A stretch of 63,800 bases of DNA, filler included, from Choristocarpus tenellus KU-1152 (taxonomy: Eukaryota > Protista > Phaeophyceae), in assembly GCA_964200185.2 (NCBI GenBank). It is 11 parts of 11 records of this genome, joined end to end, with 100 filler letters (N's around TTAATTAATTAA, not from the genome) between each part and the next. Parts side by side here need not be neighbours in the genome. Positions count along the whole stretch, not along the records: positions 20,204 to 29,186 come from CAXNAD020004129.1; positions 29,287 to 33,326 come from CAXNAD020016530.1; positions 33,427 to 50,260 come from CAXNAD020000763.1; 8 more parts are not named here. One strand, written 5' to 3'. Below, piece by piece: positions 26,601-40,200 of the stretch; the first letter of the stretch is position 1, and each line of letters opens with the position of its first letter. A program made the position numbers and the translations under genes. The notes under the pieces were generated by a model, which saw nothing but the letters and a program-made list of their open reading frames with translations, searched no databases and had not been told where the DNA came from.

Positions 26601-28640
26601 TGTTTTTGTCGAAAGAATGATACCCCTTAACCAGCACTCTCAAGTGGTCCGCTTTCATCTCAGACCTGAAAGATAAGACCGGTCGATCCTTAACTTGTAA
26701 TACCTTCCCCTCCCCTATTCTCAATCTGTCCAGGTATGAGGATGGGGACTATTCCGTGGCCAGTGACATCGCAGCGAGAAATGCAAATCAATATGATGGC
26801 TTTGTATCCATTTGCAAGGCTTACATTGTTAATGGTGCCCCAGAGGAAGTCAACATCAGGTATTGTAGACCCTTCTGAGTGAAAGTATCTTAGAGGGTAC
26901 GAGTTTTGTCCTGTTTGTCCATATGGGGCTTGACTTCCCTTCGGGTTTTTGCGACGTTTTCCTAGTCCAAAATATTTCGGAATAGGTAAAATATACACGT
27001 TATGAAAAGGTGTGTCTGGAACAAGGATATTGACACTTCCTAACAAACACGATAACCAAAATTACATCAGAATCGCAACATTGGATTTTGACCCCAAATG
27101 GACGCAGGTCTACCCTCTAAGATACTTTGACTCTCTTGTATGACCCTTCATCCTACCTTCATGACCTGTTGATTTTGTTGTGGTCCCAGTAAGTCACATT
27201 CATGGCGGGCACCTGACTTCCTGTTAGTTCTTGATGGTACCATTATTGCAAGTACTTGATTGTATCCAGCTGCGGGGTAAGAAAAATGGCGAATTTTGAC
27301 AACTTCAGGAAGAGGATTTGAGCTTTAAAATGGAACAGCACATGCGTTTACAGAAACCCTAACCCTATAAAAGTACACTGAAATCCAACGGAAGTTGTCC
27401 CCCTGGAAACTTCATAAATAGATCAAAACCCCTTGATTAGCCATATAATCCCAGAGTATTGTGGATGGATACTGATGTAGACAAGTACACTGCACGAATC
27501 ATGCTTCTTGTCGAGAGGCTTGTGCTTCTGTGGGAAGTCTATTCTTTCCCCAGAGTACTGGCCAGTTATACTCATACTCGAATAATATGAGGAAGAAAAA
27601 TCCCCACTTGTTCCGAATGGTGATAAGAGTTGGTCACGGATCTTGCATAAAAAGTAATATCACAGAAAAAAAAATGGAAACGGGTACATTGATGAGACCA
27701 TTTTCCAAAGTAGAATCAAATACAGTCTTTGTTTGAAATGAAAAAACAAACTAGTGATAGTTGTTCTCACATCTGTAGTGTAGAAAGGCATTTACTTCTG
27801 CAATCAGTTCAGAGAGCCTTAAAGGTGTCTGGATTATAAATATAGCGACCTAATGTAACATCATATTGGATATTTGTCATAAAATGTAGTATGGAAGTCG
27901 GATTGAGAAAGGGGTTAGAGATGTCTCAAGTCCAGTACGCCCTAGAGGTAATTCCAATTTTTGTTAGGACTTATGTGACTGTGCTTCAGCTTCTAATCCT
28001 ACTTGAGGGTATTAACCTTCAGGTTGCTGGTTTTCAAAGTTCTGTCAGAATACATTAGTGATAATTATATGACACTGCCAAATAGTTTTGGGACAGACAT
28101 ACTCAGCCACATTTATACATATCTTCAGAGTAATTTGAAAGTATTTATCAAAATATAGCATTTAGGGGGTATAGCATATTCTATCTGTATGGACTACACT
28201 TGAGAAATTATCAGCTCATGATGACTCCTCGCCAAGTTTTTCTGATTGAGACCCTTCCAGAGAGGTTTCCAACAATCTTCTCCTCATTGCACACGAATAC
28301 AACAAGAAATGAGGTGCGGATAGTTATGCATGTACAACATAGTACAAACATATATGTTTTTCATGAGCTCCTGCAATACTCTGAACTAATGAAGTTGACA
28401 TATATACAACGTAGCACATGTATAAGGCTACAGTATGCCAATAATCACTCCACACAAGTTGTACAAATTTACTTCTTCCTGAGTTGTTGGGATTCAGCTT
28501 AACCTCCATGCTTCTTTGACACCAAGAGTACTATGTGCGTCTGTCCAAACGTTTGTCAGTGGCACACAGAGGGCGAGGATACTGGGACAATTCTGTGCAG
28601 ATCCTTTGCACTTTGAAAGCTTATCTGAGGATATCAGGAG
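20693..28640 (+). CDS. Multi-pass membrane (7TM-type) RGS protein, partial, 9 exons
   Basis: Phase-consistent exons 20693-20803, 21241-21326, 21980-22066, 23001-23071, 23657-23759, 25005-25109, 25817-26002 (GC donor), 26734-26859 and 28560-28640. They give five hydrophobic helices, an IRNVDDIFNISKEL loop, then an RGS box AFEDFARKALCHESVLFLADVSRYE...ICKAYIVNGAPEEVNISGTQRARI. Both ends lie off-contig. Confidence 0.88.
23865..24116. mobile_element. MITE family A (intronic)
   Basis: Same TIRs; flanks agt/aat. Confidence 0.85.
26877..27133. mobile_element. MITE family A (intronic, 17 nt after a splice donor)
   Basis: gagtgaaagtatcttagagggta...taccctctaagatactttgactc; TSD tct/tct. Confidence 0.9.
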
Positions 28641-28791
28641 GTGAGAAAGTTAATAGATGCCGGTTGATCGCACACTGACATCCGTGTGACATCAGATAGA
28701 ACAACTTGTTTCGTTCCTTGAATATGACTTTGCCTCTTCAAGTTTGTTGTCCTTGATGTGAAGTTCTCTGGTTTCCTATGTCAGTGCAATT

Positions 28792-29051
28792 GACCCAAAT
28801 CAATCGAGGGATAGACAGGGTTATATTCTAAGGATCCCAAGAAAGGGCAAAAAACGACATTTTGAACAAAAGCAGAAAGAGCCTTTGCTTACTCGTGGTG
28901 TCACATTGTGTGTGGAAAGAGAAAAATATCAATTTTGCATGCACTATTGTACACATATAGGAGTGAAATAGAGTGTATTGCACAGGGTTAGAAAATATTG
29001 CTTAGAATGCAAAAGGGCCCAAACCTGCCTACCTCTCAATTGGTTTGGCTC
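28792..29051. mobile_element. MITE family C
   Basis: ~260 bp, homologous along its length to 32115-32374; imperfect TIRs ending tttggctc. Confidence 0.7.
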
Positions 29052-29406
29052 AACCCTCCACTTGCATTTTGCTTTAGTTGATTTGGGGTGTTGAAAATTT
29101 CTTCAAATTGAACCTAGAGTCCACTTCATCGTTTCATGGCAAAGCTTGTGGATCCCCAAGGCTGAGAGTATCTGGGGGGGTGGGGGNNNNNNNNNNNNNN
29201 NNNNNNNNNNNNNNNNNNNNNNNNNNNNNNTTAATTAATTAANNNNNNNNNNNNNNNNNNNNNNNNNNNNNNNNNNNNNNNNNNNNCCCCTCACAAACCA
29301 CTCCCCCCCCCTCCCCCAGATAGTTTGACCCTATTCGTATTTTGCTCTGACTCTCCCTCCACTATGTTCCTGCTCTCTGCATTAGTGCTGCATGTGTTGT
29401 GGGAGC

Positions 29407-29649
29407 GAGCCGATGTTAAACCGGAGAAGTACCCAGCTTTTGGCTGTTTTTGCATTAAAGAGTCAGTTTTTTTCCAATCTTTTGCAATTTGAATATGTTT
29501 CTATGATATAATTCGGAAAATATCCTACACGCATTTAGTTCTGTTTTTTTTTTAAAGGGAGGGAGGGGGGAGGAATTTTGAACATGTTTGCAAGCATTCT
29601 CAAGAATGCAACACTCCACTCTGGGTGCCTCTCGTTTTACTTTTGACTA
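29407..29649. mobile_element. MITE family D (degenerate)
   Basis: Similar ends and body to 11963-12197. Confidence 0.6.
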
Positions 29650-30138
29650 AAAAAGGTATTGTTTTATTTTCAATCTCTTTTTTTTATGTTCCAATCAAAT
29701 CTAATACATCCTCTGGCTTTGGTAGTAGCAGTGTTTTCATTTGAAGTAAAAAAGACCTTTGGGTCCGTATGATTCTTGCACTGTACATCATTGCAATACT
29801 TCAAAAAGGAGTAAATATCACCATTATTCCTTTTCTTTTTTTAATACTGAGGGCTAGTGTAGAGATTGCCTTCCATAAAAGACCATACCCATCCTAACCC
29901 GCGACTCCCAAGGCAAAAAGTCCTGTACTTCTCTTCACAGGGGAACCCCCCCCTATCTTCGGAAAAACCCCACTGTCCTAATTTTTTCACTTCTTAGGGT
30001 TAGGGTTAGGGTTCTTTTTCGCGAACGGGAAGGTCCTGTGTACAGGGCAGTAACAGTAACCATCCCTCATCCCAAGAAGTGGTTGTCGACCCCCACAGAT
30101 GTATGCGTGTGTGTGCCCTTGTCCGCCGTAAATGTCAG

Positions 30139-30814
30139 GAGACCACGATGATAGGGTGTCTCCCTTGCACAGCTACAAGTATATAGCTGAGCTGCAGCAC
30201 ACCATTGCCGCTAGGGGGAATGAGAAACCCCTGATCATCCGGATTGAGTCGAACGCTGGGCATGGAGCGGGGAAACCCACTGCCAAGGTGAGGTGCCTGC
30301 AAAAGGTACTAGAGAGGGAGTAGTCGGAATCTAAGGTTGAAGGGTTAGGAGAGGTAGACGTTTGGGAGGTTTGTGTCGCATCAATTGTGGCAATTGCCCA
30401 CTGGATTTGTGTGCTTGAAGTGGTGAGGTGTGGTCTTCTTGTGCCGTGTGTCCCCTAGAAGATATGTGAGTTTCTCGATCTTGTCAGGGTGTGGCATGGT
30501 ATGCCCAAAGTACACATCAGGCAATACTGATGTGTGTATCTTGGTTGCTCCTGAATCAGAGTAAGGATTTTATCCAAGTATCCAGCAACTAAAGAATATC
30601 TCTGGAGCTCTACATGAACGCGGTTTGACAAAGAACATCTCCCCCCCTCTCCCCTTCCCACTCCTGTTCCGTCATTGATTCCTGTTCCTCTGTGGTGTGA
30701 CTGCGCTCTTTTTGCATTCTGTGTTTACTTTGTCCGTCTGTTCAGGTTATTGAAGAGTTAGGAGACATGTACGGTTTCATTGTGAAGCATACAGGAGCTG
30801 TTTGGAAGGACTAA
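30139..30814 (+). CDS. PREP: Prolyl oligopeptidase (peptidase S9A), last two exons
   Basis: Exons 30139-30287 ([20 protein letters not shown]...[16 protein letters not shown], containing the catalytic Asp and His motifs) and 30746-30814 ([22 protein letters not shown]). Confidence 0.95.
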
Positions 30815-32114
30815 CACTTGCAGAAGTTTATTTGCTTCTTTGTGGTGACTTGTGGAGCACTTTGGTTGCCTAATCGATCCTTCACCCCTCTCTGCTGGGG
30901 TCAGTTTCTAGCACGATTTGCTTCATAAAAATGTTACCTATATAGTTAGTAATTAGTGTAATACTTGGTTAGTAATGCGCACTTGGAATGCAATAACACA
31001 CCAATTTTTTTACAGACATGTTTGGTAGCAAGAGATCGACCTAACACGCAGTTGGTTTAAGAAAGTAACGGGTATTGAATGTTACAGCAACAGAACAACT
31101 ACGTAAGTGTTCAGCAAGTGAGAAATAAGTCATGGCCGCACAAGAGAGAGTAAGCAGAGTGAAAGAATTCAACTCTTGTCTACAACACAGTCACCATGAC
31201 TGAGTAACACCTCAAAAACCAACTGTCATAGATAGCAGAGTGGCAGAACAGCATTGTTCGCATGGTACTGAAAAGTGTGCTGCTTCACCAAGAAGATGTT
31301 GACGATGTAGAAGTGCTTTATTAAGTTACAGTGAAGAGTGAGTCCTATACGTAAGGGGGGAGTAGTTTCTACTCTTCATAATCACGTTTCACATCATTCC
31401 GGTAGATCATCGGTAGAAAGATTCCTAAAATGTTTCATCTCTTATATTCCAATGTCCTGATCCATCACTAATCTACCGTTCTACTTCATGTGTACTAATA
31501 GCAAAAGCATTTCCTAATGCGAACAAGTATACCTCACTGTTGTGTTGCAAATGACTGAGGTATCAGTAGTTTCTAGCTCGTGATTCTGTTGTCCATGCTG
31601 GTGAAGCGACATGCTAACCAGCGATATTCGGTATGCTACATACGCTATACCTTCTCTTGATCCCTTGAAAGTTGGGTAGTATCCAGTGTGTGTGATGCAA
31701 AGGAAAAAAGTGAGTGCGCCCAGAATAGTTAAAAAGATTGAAATAAGAGTCATCCTATCTTAGAAGGGGGTCTGTTTTTGACCACCTTGAGTATTTTGGG
31801 CTTCTCCTTGACACGCCATTCCTCCTATACATGAAATGTAACTAACCCCCCTTTGAAGGCTGCGACTGTAGATAGATGATAACCATTTGTCGACGTGAGT
31901 ACAAAATTGCTCTCCATAGTGGTAAAAGCATGTGTGCCAAAAGGGAATCACAAGGGTCCCGAGTACTCAATGATGCCCTCATCTAAGAGAAGATAGCTTT
32001 AGCTTGGTATTAGTAGATCCCTCTGTTGCAGGCAGGCCTTGCAGGATCTTTTGCTCCAAATCTGAGTATAGACCATGCAGCTGTTGCCAGTCTACTAATC
32101 TATCCCTCACATTG

Positions 32115-32374
32115 GAGTCAAACCAATTGACAGGTAAGCAGGGATACAATTGAAGGATTCTAAGAAAGGGCAAAAGGACGCAGTTGTGTACAACTGAAGA
32201 AAGAGCCTTCTTTTCTGAATTGTGGTATCAATTTGTGTGGAAAGGAGAAATATCAATTTTGCATGCACTATTGTCTAAGTAATACAATGAAATAGAGTGT
32301 ATTGCACAGGGTAAGAAAGGTGACTTAGGATGCAAAAGGGTCCAAACCTACCTACCTGTCAATATGTTTGGCTC
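32115..32374. mobile_element. MITE family C
   Basis: TIRs gagtcaaaccaattgacaggtaagcagg / cctacctacctgtcaatatgtttggctc. Confidence 0.75.
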
Positions 32375-34281
32375 ACGGTTATGGCATTTCGTTGATCTTT
32401 ACTCTTCACAGAGTAGTCCCCAGACAAGAATGTGAATGGCTCAACAACTGCCTTGAAGGCATACTACGTCAACCTTTTCTCACTCGTAGCATCGCAGGTC
32501 AACATTTTTTTGTTATTATTCTTATCCAGTATCCTAGTACGGTGTGATACTATTGTTTCACTTGAAATGAAACATATGTTATTAATGGAAGGGTGAATTT
32601 GAAGATGTATAATTTGGTGTGTATGAAGCCAAGACAGAATGACGAAGGATGAAAAATGCATTTCAAAAGAGGACTCATCGATCACAAATGTGTTCCACCT
32701 TCTAACAGCCGATCATCAAAATTGAGGATGGGCAAGACCCGGAATGGTGCGCGGAAAGTACATATATATTTTTGGTCAAAATATTTCAGTGCTTGTGGAG
32801 GGCACCGCTACAATTTGGAAGCGACCTCGACCAAGCCAAAGATACAATGACAGACAAGCCCCCTGGGGGGGGAGCCGGTAACAGTTTGGCATGCTTATAT
32901 GTATGATACACTACATACTGTATTATACAATATATATATACATACGTCTTCTTCCACTAGTTATAAATATTTATTCAAGGGTGATGTGGTTTGTACAAGA
33001 AGGGGGTAGGTCACATCCACCAAAAAACTAACCAAGTCCACAAAGAAGAAAGAAGACATGTTTCATACTATACATACATACGAAGCTTGTACTTCAATAT
33101 TTTTAGCTATAATGACTGTTATTATCGGGTAATTTTGGCACGCTTAGTAAGCAAGGTCAGTCACCATGCTGTCACTACGTTGAGCCGATCTCGTCATCTT
33201 TTATTTTAGAGGCGGTATTATGTACGTAGTGGCCAATCTTCATACCAGAGGCGGCGTCGACCTACACTTTGACATTATTATTGGTAATGAAAAAAAGTAT
33301 GTATACAATAAACAGGACACAACAGANNNNNNNNNNNNNNNNNNNNNNNNNNNNNNNNNNNNNNNNNNNNTTAATTAATTAANNNNNNNNNNNNNNNNNN
33401 NNNNNNNNNNNNNNNNNNNNNNNNNNATGAAAAAATTGACCCCAAATGGACAGCCGCCACCCCCTCCCAGATACTTTGAGCCACATGTTGTAGCATCATG
33501 GGCACGTTCACCACACTTAGTACAAATACGTAGTTCTTTATGTAGTTCTTTTTTGTGTGGTGCATGAACTGGATCACTTGTTGCCATGTACGCGATGGAT
33601 AGTATACTCAAACTTGCTTTTCCATAGCACAACAATGTCTGACTGACACACGTGCAACATGATCGCAGAGTTGAGTGCATAGACTTGGGCGTTGCAGTGG
33701 GTTTTGTTTCTCACCAGTGTGTGGCAGGTAAGAGAACATAACTTTGGTACTTAATCATATGTGATTCATATCAGTCCGTTTGAAAGCCCTACTCAGGGAT
33801 AATAAAGTTGCCAGTATGAGGTGTACATTTTGTGAAAAGTTGTCCTGTGAGCAGTTCATGATAATGAGTACCTTTCTCTGGATGTTGGTGTGTGCGTGGT
33901 ATACGTGGCATGTAAGTACTTGTCTCCCTGTGTTGTGCACAGAATAATGGAAGACAGAACATGAGTGCACACGAGAGGCAACTATTGTGGTTAATTGGTG
34001 GCAGCACTCTTTGACTAATGTCCATTTCCCTCCCTCTTGTTGTGTTTATGCTGCTAGTGTGCAAGATTTTATGAGTTGTCTGTTGTTGTGTGAAAACACT
34101 ACTTCAATGGAGAGGGCAGCAAACCCAAGTAGCCCAAACTATCTCCATCTTCCTCTTAGCAATTCAACCATGTTCTTGACAAAAACAAGCAATTCCTCTA
34201 CAGCTAACACAACACAGAGTTACCCTTCCCCCTTCCCTGTATCTCTACTCTTGATGAATGCATCCTAAAGTGCCTTGGATG

Positions 34282-37200
34282 CTACCATTTTCCCTCTGAT
34301 GAACCTTCCACTTCGATTAATATTTCTCCCCTAGGGAGGGACCTCTTTTCCTCACGGCGTTGCCAGGAAACCACGTCCACCAAGGGCAGGGAGCCCCCAA
34401 ACACGTCCAGAGCGCTTCCAATGGTAAGGTCTACCCTACCCTCTCCCACTTTTCGAACCTAAGTGAGGCAACACAAGGGAGCATGGACATAGGAGGAAGG
34501 TGATACCAATGCACAAACAATAATCTCTCTACTTCTTGGTTGCACACATTGTGGTACCTAGCCCAGGATATGTGCAACAATCTTTTACACAATAATGACA
34601 CTTGAACCAAAAACGCCTTGAGAGCACTCACTACAAACACCAGGACTCCACCTCTATTTTCTTCCCCAGAAAAATATTATGTGTAACCATTGTGCAAGCG
34701 CAAAGAATACAATACATGGACAACCACACCCCGTTAAACCAAAACCTGATGCCGATTAAAGGCTCTCGAGTCGTAACATGTCCTCTTTCAAACTCTATTG
34801 TTAGTCTTGGAATAGCATCTTTGTTCAGTTCAACACAGCTTCAGACGCATGCCTTTTTAGTGCCCTAGTCACCACTAAGCGAACATATTTGGACCATAAT
34901 TTCTCTACTCTTGGAAATATACTCTGATGGTTCTGTATTGTGGCCTAAAAAACGTAAATGTAATACATGGCTTTAGAGCAGCCGACATCACTCCTTTCTC
35001 TGTAAGGGAATCTTGGTAATGGCCACCTGATCCAAATCAGAGATGGAGCTTGCACCCCCCGCATAGGTCACAGGGATAGGACTCCACTTCCCCAGGAGAG
35101 TGACTAGATCTTCTAAAACACCGCACATTTTGCCCTGACCAAGGGTTTGATTCAAGGAACACGGATGAGGTGTATGGGTGTCTGTTAGTGGTGGAGCATG
35201 TCGCTGGGGCTGCTTACTACAATAGACTGTACCAGTATTGACAGTCACATTGAGAAGATAAAATGCCATGATACCTAAGGAAGAGAGGGAGAGAAGGATA
35301 ATCTGATACTCTGATCTCACATGCATGTGTATCTTTGAGATGTTCTTGAAGGGCATTTTCTACTGGGTATACTGCAATGCCTAGAAAAACACTTTCCACA
35401 GTATATGCCATCTAACAAAACCGTTCAAAGAAATAATCCAAATTAAAAAAAGATGACAAGAAAAAAACTTGAAAATGGGTAAATCGAAAAAATGAAAAGA
35501 ACGTTCATTTTTATTGTAAGAAAAAGAGAAACAACCATTAAAAAAATTATCATTTCAGTAAAAATGTTTAGAACAAACACACTCAACCTCTTCACTCCTA
35601 CATGCTGTCCTGGTCCATGTCCACCAAATGTAATCCAAGACCAAGTGATATTAGTATGTTTTGTTTTTTTCAGGAGCACCGATTGCCATTCTGGCTATAA
35701 CATTTATAGAAGCATTGCCATCCATAATGCCAGAAAGTCAGCTTCCATTATACAAAGTACAAGATGAAAATATGACATTCCTACAGTCACATATATAGAG
35801 TGCATATAGACGTTTGTGCTCCAGGCTATCCTTTCCTGGGGAAGGGTTCAGCAAAGGTACACAATAACATATAGTCACAGAAACTTATTTGACACCTCAG
35901 AAGGTCATCACTATTCCCAAGGAGTCCTACCATCATCACCCTACGCACAAATTTTCCCTACAGAAGCTATTCAAAGGAACAAAAAATAAAACAAACTAAT
36001 TGATAAGCGCATCTCTTGGGGGGGCCAATCTTACACATCAATCTCGTTGTTCAGAATGCCGATAAAATAATGCTGAGTTGTGAGCTGAAGTAAACGAGAG
36101 GTACCCAGGGTTGCATTATAATGATGTTGACAAATGTGTCAAATTTTACTTGTTGTAAAATGTGTGCAGGCATTTTCTGCTTTCTGTCAAAAATTTCTAA
36201 ACAATAGAGGAATAAATGTTCTTGTGTCAAACTTAGCTCTTCATATAGGGTTTATCACGAAAGATGAAAAAAGTGGGTAAAAAAGAAAAATGACCAAAAC
36301 CTGGATACCTCTTGTCTATTTTGGCTCTGAGGTGCAACCAAGCCTAATCCACATGGACCTTTAGAAACCTGCCATCAAACCACTTGCTGCATCTATCAAT
36401 TGCATCTATCAACTTCGTTGAGGATGAAGTCGAATAGCTCCTTCCAGTGGGGACAAAACCTGTGACATACTCTCTCTGTCGCCAAGGCAATGTCATGATC
36501 TCAGTACCTAATACCCTATTACTCTCTCAGCATTCAACCAATCCGTCAGGCAAGGGTCTTCAACATGAGATGCCAATTCACACACAGCAAACGAAACATC
36601 AGTTCTTGTCATAATCACAGCTCACTGTATACCTCCAACTAGTGAACCATGCCCATCTGGAACCGGTCCCTCCTGCTCCACCAAATCTTGCCATTCTATA
36701 TAGTCCCAGTCCCGCCTTGGACCTCTGCACTCTCCCATTCGCATCCATCTACCTCGGTCGAAAACCATCTTTGTGCCACCTATGCAATGGCCGTTGGTGG
36801 GGTAAGGGACTTAAAGCCAACCACCCGGTCTTCGAAGTCCTTGATATCCTCGTCCCCAGCTCCATTCCATAGAAGCCATTCCTCCAACTCCATCACTTCT
36901 TGCATGGTCCAACGTGCTGGAGGAAGTGAACGTGCTTCCTTACCAACCAGTATACCAGCCAGTCTCCTTTCAAACCTTAGTTGGCGCTCTGATAGTTCGC
37001 CAGGTTCAGGTGAGGGATCGCTGTTATGGTCTGTGAGTCTCAGCAACAACCTTCCACCACTCCCCTGCTGTAACGTAGGCAGATCCATACCACAAGCACC
37101 AGTGCTTAGCATCGCATCAGTATTTCCATCCTCCAGATTGTTCTCTACCTCTAGTTCACCTTCCCCACTTCCAAGTTCTAAATCCGAAGCCAAAGTTTCC

Positions 37201-40200
37201 AAATCCATTCATTCCAGAATAATTACTTCTGGAACCTCTTATTCCGATCCCAAATAAGTTTCCTTAAACACCAAATCCCCAGTCCTCAGTCCTCAGTCTT
37301 CTTGTTTCTCCTCCAAAGATTCCATCCCTAGTCTTGTTAATCCCGGTGACAGAATAATAAGGTTCCCAAACAGAGTCACACCTGTTGCCTATTTTCCTAT
37401 CTGTTACCTTAGGTACTCATTGATGAGTCTTTCCAATAGCGCACCCCTTGCAGTACTGTTGCCACTCCCCAGTTAAATGAATTCCACGATCCTTGGCATA
37501 CCTGTGTACCATTGACTCATGGCAGTGACCTAGCTGCATATGCATCTGGTTGATATCCACTAGAGTAGTAGGTTGCATCTCTCCACTCGGGTCCCACGGG
37601 GCCATGACAAAAGCTCAAGCCCCACCTGGGCGAGCTCATAAGGTCCACCATTGCCTGATGTTGATGTGAATTGAACATCACCAGTTTCCATCCTTGAGAT
37701 GAGTCGCTCCCCTCAACAGTCCCCCCTAGGATGATGGTGTATGTATCATTTCCACCCAGTTCCTCAACAACTATCTCTGATGTTGCCGTTGTACTCGTTG
37801 ACCCTCCTAAACCAAAAACTGGCGGTGCCATCTTTGGGGTGGGTCCCTCCCACCCAACAATCCCTCCTGGGACGATGGCATTCACTTTACCCTCCCCACG
37901 GGGAAGCGTACTCATCACTACAGCATCCTCCACTGACGTAGTAGCCTCAAACACCAATCAACCTCAATAAACATCTCCACCACTCCCCTCTTGGGTGACA
38001 TCGACATCTGTAGCCCCCTCCCATGTGAAATTGACACCTCCAGCCCCCTCTTGGGCGAGGTCGATTGCGTTTGTCCCTCCAAGTGTAAATGCCACTTCTG
38101 GCTCATCATGTGCGTAGGAGGGAGTTGGTCTACGTGATGATGTAGGCGTTATAATCGTTCTTCTCCTCATAGCCTTCAATGCGATCAAAAGTCTGACCAG
38201 GGGTAGATGGAAAAACAAGAGGTTCCACCTGTTGATGGGATCGACTTCAAAGAATTTTCTCCTTGCTAATAAATTTCCCCACCAGATTGACGTCCAGCTT
38301 GGACCATTGAGAAAAGGTTGAACTTAACTCTGGAATCAACAACACATCACAGAGACCAAAAGCATAAACCTTCTCATTCTGTATACAACGTAGTGGTAAG
38401 TTTCCAACCATGGTCGCACCAAGTTTCTGTCCTATCCCAACAGTCACGGACTTTCCACTGACAGGTCGTTGGTCTATCAAAGCAATGGGGTTGTTAGTCG
38501 TGTGGGTAGAACACCCAGTATCAAAATATCGTACATCCCACTGTTCAGCATTTTCATCCCTCACCATCAAAACCTCCAAGCACTATTGGCGGTTCATTGT
38601 TGCCACCATTTACCTTTTCTTGACCACGCCTCTTCCTCTGCAGAGTTGCTGCACCACCATCTACATGTTGTTTGGCCACTATCATAGCCACTGCACGTCC
38701 AGGACAATTTGTGCTTGTGTCCAGGTCCGCTACAAATGTAGAAGGTACCAAAAAATTTGCCTGTTGCAGGTGGGGGAACAGATAGAGAAACAGACACATA
38801 GTGTGGTCCACCACACTTGAAACATGTTACACCTTGACCATGTTGTCCAGTGGTTGATGTAGAGCATGATCCATGGCTCAAAGTCGAGCTTCCACTTGCC
38901 ATCAGTGCTCCATTGTGAATATCAATACTGATGTTTCCCAACGTCTTGTTCAACCTGTATGTTTTGCAGACCCTCTTCTGGAGTTCAAACTGAACAGTTC
39001 GTCCTATATCAGAAATATGGCGATCTTGATAATATATTCTGCTGCAAAACAGTTGTGTACAAAACTGCCAACTGTTCTTCTTCATCAGGTTCAACACCAA
39101 GACTCCACATCTTCTTCACCAACTTCTCCATCTGTAGTATGACTTCCGCAGGATCCTCACCTCACAGTAGTTGTATTCCAAGCATTTTGGTCCTCAACAT
39201 CGCTCGCTCCATGATCCCATCTCTTGCGAATCGATCTCTTAGGACCTGAAAACCTTCTGAGGGGCTGTCGTGATTGTCAACAATTTCATCTATACTCGTA
39301 ACCAGCCCAGTCAATGCCATGCTCGCTTCTTGGATTTCGCGTTGTGTCCATCTTGACGTGTCGCTTCCCACCCACCCATGGCAACACAAGTTACGAGCCT
39401 TTTCTCGTACCCAGGAAATCCCTCCCCATCATCATCACTATTGTATACCACAAACTTAAAGGGAAGTGGGATGAGGCGCTGCAGGTCCACTCTAGCAGTC
39501 CTTAAAGTTGTGATCCTCCTTGTCGCAGGCTCCTCATTAAGGAAGTCTTCGACTTCCACCCCAACATCTTCTTCCTCCATATTCTCGTTACTGATGGCAG
39601 ATGCCATCGGGACTCTGTCCCTTCCACTACTAGCTTGAGATGTCAACACACTATAGAGTATGCTAGCTAGCATGTTAAGGAATGTGTAGGGTCCCACGTC
39701 TTGATATTGAAATATGTAGATTAGTTCCTTCTCAGTTATGTTGTAGTAGTTAGAAAGTTGGAGGGAGAAAAACCATCCAAGAGGGGGGGTTGGTAGACCA
39801 TTCACTCATCCCTAATAACTAACAACTCTTCACTCAATCTGTGTTACTTGTTACAACATTCCTTTCTAGGATTCTTCTTATGGCACTGTAATAACCCAGA
39901 TAATATTCTCTTGGTCAATCAAAGGAGAGATTACTATCAATCATTCCGTTATGGCCAATCTGATTGTTTCCTTAATAAGTATTTTGCCACATGAATTAAA
40001 GAATAATCTTGACACCACCCTTTCCTCCTCAAGGATGCGGATGCACTCCCCGTCATGGATGAGGTAGAACCATGCTTTATCGATATGAATCATGTTGAGG
40101 TCGCTTCTACAATTGATGCAGGTCATTGCTGCTTGGCTTCAGGACCCGTGTCGCAGATGGTCTAGAGGCTAAGCAAGAGTTGTAAGGCTCTTGGCGAGGT

